A stretch of DNA of 63,597 bases, counting the filler, from Caldilineae bacterium (lineage in GTDB: Bacteria; Chloroflexota; Anaerolineae; DTLA01), in assembly GCA_037446815.1 (NCBI GenBank). It is 3 parts of 3 records of this genome, joined end to end, with 100 filler letters (N's around TTAATTAATTAA, not from the genome) between each part and the next. Parts side by side here need not be neighbours in the genome. Positions count along the whole stretch, not along the records: positions 23,905 to 47,679 come from JBBIHX010000034.1; 2 more parts are not named here. One strand, written 5' to 3'. A program made the position numbers and the translations under genes. The notes beneath the pieces are model-generated. The model ran no database searches. It was given only the letters and a program-made list of their open reading frames with translations, and was not told the origin of the DNA. Below, piece by piece: positions 36,201-45,398 of this stretch; position 1 is the first letter of the stretch; every line of letters starts with the position of its first letter.

Positions 36201-38156
36201 ACGGGCATCGTCCCGTGGGTTGGGTTCAACCTGGCGGTGCCCTTGGTGGCGGCGCTGACGGGGGTGGGCGCGTTTTCAGTAACGTACCACCTGCTGCCGG
36301 AACGGGTTCGCGGCGTGATGGGCACGCGCTTGCGGGGCTGGCTGTACGGGCTGGCGGGCGTCGCGTTCGTGGTGTTCTTCGGCAACCTGGGCAATATGAA
36401 CCTCATCGTGGGGGGCTTGATTCGGCAAGGCGTGCCCGAGTTCAAGAGCAGCGTTCCTGGGCTGGTTCCCGTCGTGCGGGCGCTCACGGGCCTGTGGAAG
36501 GTGCTGTCGGGGGCGTCGCTGGGATTCGCGCGCGAGTGGTGGTTCTGGAACGCCACGCGGACGATTCCCGACACGGTAAACGAGTTTCCGTTCTTCACCT
36601 TCTTGTTCGCGGATCTGCACGCGCACATGATTGCGCTTCCGTTCACGGTTCTTGCGCTGGGGATGGCGGTGAACATCCTGCGCGGGGCGCGGAACAGCGC
36701 GGCGCGCCCCTGGCCGAATGCGTCCATCCTGGAGCGGCTGGCGGGCCTAGCGCGCGACTGGGATGTGGGCGCTCTGCTGGGGCTGGCGCTGGTGCTGGGG
36801 GCGCTGTGGCCGACGAACACGTGGGACTTCCCGACCTATTTCGTCATCGCAATCGGCGCGCTGGTGATACGGGCCTACGCCCGCGAGGGCAGAATCTCGT
36901 GGCGATGGGTGTTGCAAGTCGCGGCGCAGGCGGTGTTTGTGGCGGTGCTCGCGGTGGCGCTGTTCTATCCGTTCCACGCGTACTACGGCAGTTACTACAC
37001 CAGCGTGGAGATGTGGAAAGGGCAGCGCACGCGCCTGGGCGAATTCCTCACCATCTCCGGGCTGTGGCTTTTCATCCTGTTCGCCTACATGCTGGACAAG
37101 GGGTTCGGCCGGGGCGGGAGCGGCATCATGGGCTGGGTGGGGCGCATGGCCGCCCATCGCCGCCAGACGGCCAGACGGTGGTCGCTCACCCAGGCGCTGA
37201 GTGCGTCGTTTGCGGGCTGGTGGACAGGGCTGGTGATGATCGTCGCGGCGTTGGGGTTGCTCGCGTACCTGCTGGTGCACCTGAAGTATCCCGTGGTCGC
37301 CTTCCTCCTGGCGCCGCTCGTTGTCGCGGTGGCGCTGTTCTTCCAGAAGCGGGCGTCGGCGGAAGATCGGTTCATCGCGCTCCTGGTTGCGGCCGGCCTC
37401 GCGCTGAGCATGGCGGTGGAGATCGTGGTGCTCAAGGGCGACGTGGGCCGCATGAACACCGTGTTCAAGTTCTACCTCCAGGTGTGGGTGATGTGGGCCA
37501 TCGCCGCCGCCGTGGCTTTGTCGCACCTCGCCGAGCGCATGGGCAACTGGGCGCGGGGTTGGCAGACCTTCTTCCGCGCCGGGCTCGGATTCCTGGTCGC
37601 CATGTCGCTCCTGTACACGGTAACGGCGACGCCCGCGCGCATCGGCCTGCGCTACGACGCCAGCCTCGGCCCCTCGCTGGACGGCATGGCGTTCATGGAC
37701 TCGCCCAAGGCGCAGTTTTGGGAGAACGAGCAGGTTCAGGAGTTGAAGTGGGACAAGGAAGGGATTCTGTGGCTGCTGGAGAACGTGGACGGCTCGCCGG
37801 TGGTACTGCAGGGTGCGACATCGTTCTACCGATGGGTGGCGCGGGTGTCCATCTATACCGGCCTGCCGACCGTCATCGGCTGGGACTGGCACCAGATACA
37901 GCAGCGGATGCTCATGCCGCCGGGCACGGTGGAGGGGCGCTACGCGGACGTGCGCACGATTTACAGCACCACGGACGACGAGGCGGCGCTGTCGCTCCTG
38001 CGGAAGTACGGCGTGTCCATGATTTACGTCGGGCAGACGGAGAGGGCGCTCTATGGCCAGGAAGGCCCCGCGAAGTTTGACCGCTGGGTGGAGCGGGGGA
38101 TTCTGGAACTGGCCTTCTCCAGTCCGGAAGTCAAGATTTATCGCATGCTAGAATAG
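33297..38156 (+). CDS. fusion of a GT39 (HPDE) module and a DUF2298/Chlor_Arch_YYY module, about 1600 aa
   Basis: N-half IHPDER/SPLNP; C-half GEKPMEF, PPYDPWFSGGYMNYYYWG, NEFPFFTFLFADLHAH, NTWDFPTY, RMNTVFKFY, TGLPTVIGWDWH; exact start uncertain. Confidence 0.88.
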   Translation: MGLAGDPMNDSLMTPNRRRVLDMAFASLKRWIAQGMRAAAAGARWLLDPGHSALVLAVILAAALALRLVGLDWDKGNGIHPDERFLRMVLNDIRWPKSIGEYFNTAQSPLNPRNKNFTFWVYGELPLFLVHRLGDLLHKSGYGEIHLVGRAASALADVGSVLVIYLLGKRLYSKKVGLIAAGLLAFTALDIQLSHFFAVDTFAAFFATLGLLCAVYAAEKGGWWQFFVLGVVVGAGMASKISMAAFGAVAGLAWLLFALRTRREEFWAERVVLRLGLLGLGVLLAFRVFQPYAFSGPSFLNFTLSPDFLANMKEAQGYQTGKFDPPWGFQWANRTPYIFPLYNMVLFGMGVPMALAAFVGWAAAGWEMVSQKRMTHLLPWAWVTLLFVYQGGQFVKSMRYFIPIYPVMALLAAFGLAWVYRQARERGTLARRAAALLAVLVVASTAVYGTAFATIYTRPHPRMAASDWIYENVPMVATLHYRTQDGTVRQYQLGIPHGQILSPTSPVFVSFSLPEGGDIVDVTLNRLRSDGTGASTLRVEIAREMWPDDTLASAELSGIFAPGAEGKGRAYRLDMSGLTMAPGVRYVAKFSVTEGASLIAESSTILQETYDDPKVPFSEAGRDPFRNYNIPELRVYDDENPDKLRHFQEMLTQADYICFTSQRGYGSIPRMAARFPMATKFYQMLFAGQLGFKLVGEFTSYPQLDGLVFNDDKSEEAFTVYDHAKVLLFQKVQPITAEQIAAAIAPADWNAIPRYTAKQAAKYKTLLLSPEDLIIQQQGGTWREIFNPNSWVNRVPTLVWLLLVELLGVLGFLIGFPLFRHMVDRGYALSKTFGILLLVFVSWIVVALKMAWFTRLTIGMALLLLAVAAGGVAYAKREELRAFLKERWRHLAAVEAIFLVLFFVWWLIRRGNPDLWHPYLGGEKPMEFAYLNAVIKSTTFPPYDPWFSGGYMNYYYWGQIIVGTLIKFTGIVPWVGFNLAVPLVAALTGVGAFSVTYHLLPERVRGVMGTRLRGWLYGLAGVAFVVFFGNLGNMNLIVGGLIRQGVPEFKSSVPGLVPVVRALTGLWKVLSGASLGFAREWWFWNATRTIPDTVNEFPFFTFLFADLHAHMIALPFTVLALGMAVNILRGARNSAARPWPNASILERLAGLARDWDVGALLGLALVLGALWPTNTWDFPTYFVIAIGALVIRAYAREGRISWRWVLQVAAQAVFVAVLAVALFYPFHAYYGSYYTSVEMWKGQRTRLGEFLTISGLWLFILFAYMLDKGFGRGGSGIMGWVGRMAAHRRQTARRWSLTQALSASFAGWWTGLVMIVAALGLLAYLLVHLKYPVVAFLLAPLVVAVALFFQKRASAEDRFIALLVAAGLALSMAVEIVVLKGDVGRMNTVFKFYLQVWVMWAIAAAVALSHLAERMGNWARGWQTFFRAGLGFLVAMSLLYTVTATPARIGLRYDASLGPSLDGMAFMDSPKAQFWENEQVQELKWDKEGILWLLENVDGSPVVLQGATSFYRWVARVSIYTGLPTVIGWDWHQIQQRMLMPPGTVEGRYADVRTIYSTTDDEAALSLLRKYGVSMIYVGQTERALYGQEGPAKFDRWVERGILELAFSSPEVKIYRMLE

Positions 38157-38163
38157 GTCGCCT

Positions 38164-40536
38164 ATGATACCCGTTCTGGTTTGGTGGCTTCTTGTAACGC
38201 TGGCGGGGTGGACGGCATTCCCGCTGGCCATGCGATTCATGGATCGGCTGCCTGGGCGCGGCTACGCCCTGTCCAAGGCGCTGGGTCTGCTGCTCGTGTC
38301 CTACGTCTTCTGGCTTCTGTGCTCGCTGAAACTGCTGCCCAACAATGCGGGCGGGATTCTTGTGGCGTGGGCGGTGGTGCTGGCGCTGTCGCTGTGGTTC
38401 TATCGGCGCGGCGGGGGAAACCTGGCCGACGTGCAGCAGTTCATCCGCGAGCGGTGGCACTACATCGTCTCTACGGAGGCCATCTTCCTGGTCGGGCTGG
38501 CGGGCTGGGCCGCCTTCCGCGCGTTTGACCCCGACCTGGTGGGCACCGAGAAGCCGATGGAATTCGCGTTCCTCAACGCGATCCTGCGGAGCGAGACGTT
38601 CCCGCCGCATGATCCCTGGCTGTCGGGCTACGCCATCAGTTACTACTACTATGGCTACGTCATCATTGCCATGCTAACCAAACTCGGGGGAACGCCGGCC
38701 GCCGTGGCGTTCAACGTGGGCATCGCGCTTCTGTTCGCGCTGACGCTGACGGGGAGTTTCGGCGTGGTGTACGAACTTATCGCGGGCGGGCGCGCGGGGG
38801 ACAGGGGACGCGCCATCGGGTTCAGCCTGTTCGGGCCGCTGTTCGTCGCGCTGGCGGGGAATCTGGAGGGCCTGCTGGACGTGCTGCACTCGCGGGGCAT
38901 CGGCTCGGCGGCGTTTTGGCGGTGGGTGCAGATCAAGGGACTGGCCGAGGCCCCCGTAACCGGCGCGTGGATTCCGCAGGATCATTGGTGGTGGTGGCGG
39001 GCGTCCCGCGTGGTGTACGATGTCAGCGTGCTGGGCGAGCACCAGGAGGTCATAGACGAGTTCCCCTATTTCAGTTTCATCCTCGGCGACATGCATCCCC
39101 ACGTGCTGGCGCTGCCGTTCGTCATGCTGGTCATCGGGCTGGTGGTGCAGGTGGTGCGCTGGGCGGCGGAGCAGAAGCCGCTGGCGCTGCCGACAAGGGG
39201 CGGCGCGTGGGTCTGGCTCAGGGGGTGGCTGGCGCAGGACTGGGAGCGCAACCTGCTCATCGCGCTGTGCCTGGGCGCGCTGGGATTCCTGAACACGTGG
39301 GATTTCCCGATTTACTGGGCGGTGGCGACGCTCGGATACGCGGCGGGCCGCTATTGGGCGGGCCGCAGGGTGGACGGGGCGTATCTTTCGGATGTCGCGC
39401 TGTGGGCGGGGCGCGCGCTCGTGCTCGGCATCCTGTTGTTCCTGCCGTTCTACCTCGGCTTCGGGTCGCAGGCTAGCGGCATCGGCTTGGTGGTCATCAA
39501 CAAGACGCGCCCGTGGCACTACTTCGTGATGTTCGGGCTGTTCCTGCTCACCGCGCTGGCATTCCTGGTGTACGCGACGCGGGCTTGGCTTCGCGGGCGC
39601 AGGCTGGCCGCGACGGCCGACGTGCAGGCCATCGGGGTTGCGGTGGCGCTCCTCGCGGCGCTGTCGCTCATCACGGGCAAGTGGACGGCGCTCGGCGTCA
39701 TCCTGGCGGTCGGCGTGCTGGCGCTTGCCGTTACCAGGCGGCTGGCGCAGGCGGATGACGCCGATGAGCACGCGCTGACCGATACCACCGTCGCCCTGAT
39801 GATGATGGCAGGGTTCCTGCTGACCTTCGCGGTGGAGTTCGTGTTCCTGAAGGACTACTTCGGCACCCGAATGAACACCGTGTTCAAGTTCTACTACCAG
39901 GCGTGGGTGCTGCTGGGGCTGGGCGGCGCGTATGCGTTGTGGGCCGTGTTCGGGCGGGGCGCGTGGGGCCGCGACGCGTGGGCGCGGGCAGTGCGCGGGG
40001 CCTTCGCGGCGGCGTTCGCCATCCTCCTGGCGGCGAGCCTGGTCTACACGTTGGCGGCGGGATACTCCAAGGCGGGCGGCTTCCGAGGCGAGGCGACGCT
40101 GGACTGCCTGGCGTTCGTGCGCAAGTACTACCCCGCTGAATACGACGCCATACAGTGGCTGAACGCTCACGTCCAGGGCGCGCCGGTGATTCTGGAGGCG
40201 ACGGGTGGCTCCTATACCGAAGCGGCGCGCGTGTCGGCGCGAACGGGCCTGCCCACGGTGCTGGGCTGGGATTTCCACGAGCAGCAGTGGCGCGGCAAGC
40301 GGAATCCGGCGGGGAGCCGCGCGATGGACATAGAGACGATGTACCGCACGCCTGACAGCCCCGAATCTTTGACGTTGCTGGACAGGTATGGTATAAGTTA
40401 CGTCTACGTAGGGGATTTGGAGCGCAGCAAGTACGGCCTGAGCGAGGCCGTTGTGAACCGGTGGGACCAGGTTGCCCTGCGCGTGTACGACGCGGGCGGC
40501 GTTCGCATCTACCGGTATCCGCGCCCATCCCCCTAG
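38164..40536 (+). CDS. DUF2298/Chlor_Arch_YYY membrane protein
   Basis: TEKPMEF, HDPWLSGYAISYYYYGY, DEFPYFSFILGDMHPH, RMNTVFKFYYQ, TGLPTVLGW. Confidence 0.9.
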   Translation: MIPVLVWWLLVTLAGWTAFPLAMRFMDRLPGRGYALSKALGLLLVSYVFWLLCSLKLLPNNAGGILVAWAVVLALSLWFYRRGGGNLADVQQFIRERWHYIVSTEAIFLVGLAGWAAFRAFDPDLVGTEKPMEFAFLNAILRSETFPPHDPWLSGYAISYYYYGYVIIAMLTKLGGTPAAVAFNVGIALLFALTLTGSFGVVYELIAGGRAGDRGRAIGFSLFGPLFVALAGNLEGLLDVLHSRGIGSAAFWRWVQIKGLAEAPVTGAWIPQDHWWWWRASRVVYDVSVLGEHQEVIDEFPYFSFILGDMHPHVLALPFVMLVIGLVVQVVRWAAEQKPLALPTRGGAWVWLRGWLAQDWERNLLIALCLGALGFLNTWDFPIYWAVATLGYAAGRYWAGRRVDGAYLSDVALWAGRALVLGILLFLPFYLGFGSQASGIGLVVINKTRPWHYFVMFGLFLLTALAFLVYATRAWLRGRRLAATADVQAIGVAVALLAALSLITGKWTALGVILAVGVLALAVTRRLAQADDADEHALTDTTVALMMMAGFLLTFAVEFVFLKDYFGTRMNTVFKFYYQAWVLLGLGGAYALWAVFGRGAWGRDAWARAVRGAFAAAFAILLAASLVYTLAAGYSKAGGFRGEATLDCLAFVRKYYPAEYDAIQWLNAHVQGAPVILEATGGSYTEAARVSARTGLPTVLGWDFHEQQWRGKRNPAGSRAMDIETMYRTPDSPESLTLLDRYGISYVYVGDLERSKYGLSEAVVNRWDQVALRVYDAGGVRIYRYPRPSP

Positions 40537-40560
40537 TCAACGAGGACACCGCGAATCGGC

Positions 40561-42288
40561 ATGACCGACAAACCTGATGTCAAGAAGAGCCTCTTTGCCC
40601 GCATAAACGCAGAAACGGCGCTCTACGGCGTTCTCCTCTTGGTATCCCTTGCGCTCCGCCTGGTGGACCTGGACGCCCGTCCGATGAGCGGCGCGGAGGC
40701 GGCGCGCGCGCTGGGCGCATGGCATCTGGCCCAGGGACGCCCGCCTGCGTCGGTGGGCAGCCCGCTTCTCACCAACGGCACGGCGCTGCTCTTCTTCCTG
40801 TTCGGCGCGAGCGACTTCACGGCGCGCCTGCTGCCTGCGCTCATCGGCGCGGCGATGGCGGTGGTGCCCTACTTCTGGCGGGAGCGCCTGGGGCGAGGCG
40901 GGGCCCTCGTCGCGGCGGCGCTGCTGGCGGTGTCGCCGTTGGCGCTGTTCGCATCGCGCTCCCTGGGGCCCGAGGCGCTGGCCGCGGCGTTTGGCCTGGG
41001 GCTGGCGACGGCGTTGGCGCGATTCGCGGACACGGGCGCGCCGCGCGCCTTGTACGCAAGCGCCGCGCTGCTGGGGCTGCTGCTGGCTTCAGGCGCGGGC
41101 GCGTACTTCGTGTTGCTGGCGTTGGCGGCGGTGGCGCTGGTGGTCTGGGCGTTGGGCCGCCGAGGGGCCCCCGGCGCGGCTGCCTTGCGCGAGCGATGGA
41201 TGGCGGCCCGCGCGCACCTCCGGACGGCGGGGGTCGTGTTCCTGGCGACGGTGGCGGGCGTTGGCACGCTGTGGTTCTTCCACGTGTCGGGGCTGCGCGG
41301 CTTCGGCGACGTGCTGGATGCGTGGTGGCGTGGCTTCGCGGGCGTCGGGGCGATGCCCTGGTTCAGCCCCGTGGTGTGGCCAGTGCTGTACGAGCCGGTG
41401 GTGTGGGTGTTTGGCATCATCGGCGGGGTTCGCGCCGTGTGGGAGCGTGATGTGCTGGGCAGTAGCCTGCTGGGGTGCGCGCTTGGCCTCTCGGTCATGC
41501 TGGTGGCGTGGCCCGCGCGCACGTCGGGCGATCTGCTCCTGGCGACGGCCCCGCTGGCGCTGCTGGCGGGCAGGCAGATGGCGCAGATGTGGCAGGCGGC
41601 TCGCTCCGATTGGCGCGGCGTGCGGGACGGGCTATACGTCGCCGTGTTCGCCATCCTGGTGGTGTACGTCTACCTGCAACTGGCCGGGTTTGCCGAGAGG
41701 GGAGACCCCACATTCGCGCTGCTGGCGTGGACGGGCGTGGCGCTTATGGCTGTGCTCACCATCGGCCAGGGCGTGCTGCACGGCGTGGACAACGCGCTGC
41801 GGAACCTGGGCCTGACGGCGGCGGGGCTGGCGCTGGTCGTCACGGTGTCGGCGGCGCTCGGCTCGGCCTACAACGCCGGCGGCCGGAACGCCGAGTACCT
41901 GGACCCCGCCCCCTCCTCTCCGCAGGTGCGGGCGCTGGCGGCGGATGTGGCGACGTGGTCGCTGCGCCGCATCGGCGACGCGCACGAGATGTCGGTCGCG
42001 GTGATGCTGCAGGAGCCGTCGGTGATGGAGTGGTACCTGCGGGAGTTCCGCAACCTGGCGGTGTACGCGGGGAGCGCCGGCCCGCTGGACGCGGAGGCCA
42101 TCATCGCGCCGGACGGCATCCAGCCGGCGGTCCGAGGGGCCTATACCGGCCAGGCGTATGAATTGACGCGAGACTGCCGTTGGCGGGCGCTGCCGGCGCG
42201 GGATTGGTGGCGGTGGGCCTTGTGGCGTGCGCTCCCCGCTTCGGCGGACGCCCGCGCGGTTCTGTGGATGAAAGCCTCGTCAGAGTAA
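40561..42288 (+). CDS. divergent TIGR03663/GT-C-like membrane protein lacking the DE pair
   Basis: LFGASDFTARLLPALIG, LGRGGAL and WYLREF shared with the next two genes. Confidence 0.7.
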   Translation: MTDKPDVKKSLFARINAETALYGVLLLVSLALRLVDLDARPMSGAEAARALGAWHLAQGRPPASVGSPLLTNGTALLFFLFGASDFTARLLPALIGAAMAVVPYFWRERLGRGGALVAAALLAVSPLALFASRSLGPEALAAAFGLGLATALARFADTGAPRALYASAALLGLLLASGAGAYFVLLALAAVALVVWALGRRGAPGAAALRERWMAARAHLRTAGVVFLATVAGVGTLWFFHVSGLRGFGDVLDAWWRGFAGVGAMPWFSPVVWPVLYEPVVWVFGIIGGVRAVWERDVLGSSLLGCALGLSVMLVAWPARTSGDLLLATAPLALLAGRQMAQMWQAARSDWRGVRDGLYVAVFAILVVYVYLQLAGFAERGDPTFALLAWTGVALMAVLTIGQGVLHGVDNALRNLGLTAAGLALVVTVSAALGSAYNAGGRNAEYLDPAPSSPQVRALAADVATWSLRRIGDAHEMSVAVMLQEPSVMEWYLREFRNLAVYAGSAGPLDAEAIIAPDGIQPAVRGAYTGQAYELTRDCRWRALPARDWWRWALWRALPASADARAVLWMKASSE

Positions 42289-42296
42289 GTGGGACA

Positions 42297-45200
42297 ATGC
42301 CTAAGGTAGAACGGGTTTCGGACAACACGGATTGGTGGGAGACGCCGGTTCTCCATAGTTTGCAGCGGCTGACGCGGGAGCAGGCGGCGTACATCGTCAT
42401 CGGGATCGCGGCGCTGGCGCTGCGCCTGTGGGCGTTGGGCGCGCGCGCCGTGAGTTTTGACGAGTGCCAGCACCTGTATTTCTCGTGGCAGCCCTACTCC
42501 GTCGGCTCCATCTTCAAGTTTGACCCCGTTACCGGGCCGATTACCCACGGGCCGTTCCTGTTCCTGGCGAATACGCTGATGTACACCCTGTTCGGCGTGA
42601 GCGATTTCACGTCGCGGTTGGCGTCGGCGTTTTTCGGCACGGCGCTGGTGTTGTTGCCCTATTTCCTGCGCAAGTACCTGGGGCGCGGCGGGGCGCTGGC
42701 CGCGGCGGTGATGCTGGCCGTGTCGCCGTTCCTGCTGTTCTACTCGCGGGACAACCTGCACGAAATCTACGGCGCGGTCTGGACGATGCTCATGGCCATC
42801 GGCTTCATTCGGTATGTGGACGAGCGGAAGCCGAAGTACCTGTACCTGTTCGGCGCGGCGGTGGGGTTTTACCTGTGCACGAAAGCCGTGGCGTACATCA
42901 TGGGGTTCATCGTCGTGGCATTTGTGGTCGTGGCGTTGGTGTGGGAGCGGCTGTCCCCGTCGGCGGCGCGCCGCGTGCGGGGCGTGGGGCTGGTCGCCAG
43001 CGGGGCGGCCCTGGCGGTGCTGGTGTGGCTCACCAACCGCCCCTTGCCCGCGGGGGCGGCGCGGAGCGGACTGCTGCCGGTGCTCGTGGTGCTGGTGTGC
43101 CTGCTGGCGGCGGCGCTCCTGTCGGGCTTCGCCATGGGCAGCGCGGACAAGGAGCGGCCGATGGCGCGCGCCCTCTCCTCTATCCGCGGGCGGCAATTTG
43201 GGGCGATGGTCGGCATCGGGCTGGGCGTGGTCGTGCTGTTGTACACCACGTTCTTCACCAACCCGCGGGGGTTGGTGGGGCCCATCAGCCAGTTGTCCTA
43301 CTGGTTTGGGCAGCACGGCGAAGCGCGGGGCGGTCAGCCGTGGTACTATTTCCTGCTGGTGCTGATGCCGATGTACGAGTTCCTGCCGCTTGTGGGCGGG
43401 GTTGCGGCCATCCTGTACTACGCGGGGTTCCGGCGCAATCGGCATTCGGCGCGCGACGCGGTGCCTTTTGTGCCGTTTGCGGTGTTCTGGGCCATCTCCG
43501 CCATGGCGATTCACAGTTGGACCGGGGAGAAGATGCCCCAGCATACGGTGTACCTGGTGCTGCCCATGATTCTGCTGACGGGGCGGTTGCTGCAGGATTG
43601 GCTGGGCGATGTCAACTGGGCGGGCAAGCGCAGGGGCGATGCCATCGCGTTCTTCGCGCTGGTGCCCCCGGCAGGGTACGCGCTGGTGCGATTGCTGTCC
43701 ATTAGGCCGTTCGCGGGGTTCTCGCAGGCGCAACTCAATCAGACGATGGCGTGGCTGGTGGCGCTGGGGGTGGCGGCGGGGCTGGCATGGGCGTTGGCGC
43801 GGCTGGGGCAGCGACTGGGCGTGGGGCTAGCGCTGCGGATGTGCGCCGCTGCCGCGTTCGCCGTGCTGCTCGTGTTGACTGTGCGGTACAGTTGGATGGC
43901 GAGTTTCGTGAACTATGACAACGCCAAGGAACTCATCGTCTACGCGCACGGCACCCAGGACGCCAAGGTTACGCTGAACGAGATTCTGGACATCTCGCAG
44001 CGCACCGTGGGCGACAACCGCATCCGCGTGGCGTATGACGCCAAGACGGGGTTCCCGTTCTCCAACTGGTATCTGCGGGACTTCCCGAACGCCATCTCGT
44101 TCTCGGGCGAGAACCCAAGCCGCGAGGCCGTGGATTCGCCCATCGTCATCGTGCACGGCTGGAACGAGGGCAAGGTGCAGCCGCTTCTGGCGAATTACGT
44201 GCGGTTCCCGCGCTTGATGATGTGGTGGCCGGTGGAGGACTACAAGGGGATGACGCCTGCCCGCCTGTGGGCCATGCTGAAAGATTCGGCCAAGCGCGCG
44301 GAGATATGGAACATCCTATGGTCGCGCACGTATCCGTACTCGCTCAACAACTGGCCGTACCGTGAGGAGATGTTCCTGTACATTCGCAAGGACGTTGCGG
44401 CCCAACTGTGGGAGTACGGGCTGTCGCCTGCTGCCGTTGCCCCGCCGCAGCCCGAGGAGGACCCGTATCTGGCGAAGAAGGTGCTGGTGCCGGCGGCGCT
44501 GGTGTTTGGGCGGCAAGGGCAAGGGTCTGGGGAGTTCCAGGACCCGCGCGGGGTGGCAGTGGACGCGGCGGGGAACATCTACGTGGCGGACACGGGGAAC
44601 CATCGGGTGCAGGTGTTTGACGCGAGCGGGCGGTATCTGCGGGGCTGGGGGCAGTACGGGAGCGGGCCTGGGGAGTTCAACGAGCCGTGGGGGATCGCGG
44701 TGGACGGCGCGGGGAACGTGTACGTGGCGGACACGTGGAACTACCGTGTGCAGAAGTTTGACAAGGACGGGAAGTTCCTGACGATGTGGGGAGAGAGCGG
44801 GGACTCGCAGGGGGACGCGCTGGCATTGCCTGGGGCGTTCTACGGGCCGCGAGCGGTGGCGATAGCGGGGGACGGGAGCGTGTTGGTGATGGACACGGGG
44901 AACGAGCGGATCCAGCGGTTCACGGCGGATGGGGAGTACGTGGCGGGGTACGGTGGGTTTGGGGTAGGAGCGGGGCAGTTCTGGGAGCCTGTGGGGTTGG
45001 CGGTAGATAGCGCGGGGAGGGTGTACGTGGCGGACACGTGGAATCATCGGATTCAGCGGTTTGGTGCGGGGATGGGGTTTGAGAAGGCGTGGGATGTGAA
45101 GACGTGGGCCGGGGAGTCGGTGTTGAACAAGCCGTACTTGGCGGTGGATGGTGCGGGGCATGTGTATGCGAGCGATCCGGAGGGGCATCGGGTGTTGGAG

Positions 45201-45362
45201 TGGACGGTGGAAGGGGAGTTTGTGGCGGCGTATGGGGAGTACGGGAGCGATGAGAGTCGGTTCAATTTGCCTGTAGGGTTGGCGGTGGATGGGAGCGGGC
45301 GGTTGATCGTGGCGGATTCTGGGAATCATCGGATCATGGTCTTCGCGCCGTTGGGGCCGTAG
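42297..45362 (+). CDS. TIGR03663 (Agl23-like) GT-C membrane protein fused to an NHL-repeat beta-propeller
   Basis: SFDECQH, HGPFLF, RGGQPWYYF, GEKMP, YAHG; about six P.G.AVD..G..YVADT.NHR.Q repeats. Confidence 0.88.
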   Translation: MPKVERVSDNTDWWETPVLHSLQRLTREQAAYIVIGIAALALRLWALGARAVSFDECQHLYFSWQPYSVGSIFKFDPVTGPITHGPFLFLANTLMYTLFGVSDFTSRLASAFFGTALVLLPYFLRKYLGRGGALAAAVMLAVSPFLLFYSRDNLHEIYGAVWTMLMAIGFIRYVDERKPKYLYLFGAAVGFYLCTKAVAYIMGFIVVAFVVVALVWERLSPSAARRVRGVGLVASGAALAVLVWLTNRPLPAGAARSGLLPVLVVLVCLLAAALLSGFAMGSADKERPMARALSSIRGRQFGAMVGIGLGVVVLLYTTFFTNPRGLVGPISQLSYWFGQHGEARGGQPWYYFLLVLMPMYEFLPLVGGVAAILYYAGFRRNRHSARDAVPFVPFAVFWAISAMAIHSWTGEKMPQHTVYLVLPMILLTGRLLQDWLGDVNWAGKRRGDAIAFFALVPPAGYALVRLLSIRPFAGFSQAQLNQTMAWLVALGVAAGLAWALARLGQRLGVGLALRMCAAAAFAVLLVLTVRYSWMASFVNYDNAKELIVYAHGTQDAKVTLNEILDISQRTVGDNRIRVAYDAKTGFPFSNWYLRDFPNAISFSGENPSREAVDSPIVIVHGWNEGKVQPLLANYVRFPRLMMWWPVEDYKGMTPARLWAMLKDSAKRAEIWNILWSRTYPYSLNNWPYREEMFLYIRKDVAAQLWEYGLSPAAVAPPQPEEDPYLAKKVLVPAALVFGRQGQGSGEFQDPRGVAVDAAGNIYVADTGNHRVQVFDASGRYLRGWGQYGSGPGEFNEPWGIAVDGAGNVYVADTWNYRVQKFDKDGKFLTMWGESGDSQGDALALPGAFYGPRAVAIAGDGSVLVMDTGNERIQRFTADGEYVAGYGGFGVGAGQFWEPVGLAVDSAGRVYVADTWNHRIQRFGAGMGFEKAWDVKTWAGESVLNKPYLAVDGAGHVYASDPEGHRVLEWTVEGEFVAAYGEYGSDESRFNLPVGLAVDGSGRLIVADSGNHRIMVFAPLGP

Positions 45363-45398
45363 AAGGGCGGCCCGACGACTCGGATTGCGTGCAGGGAT

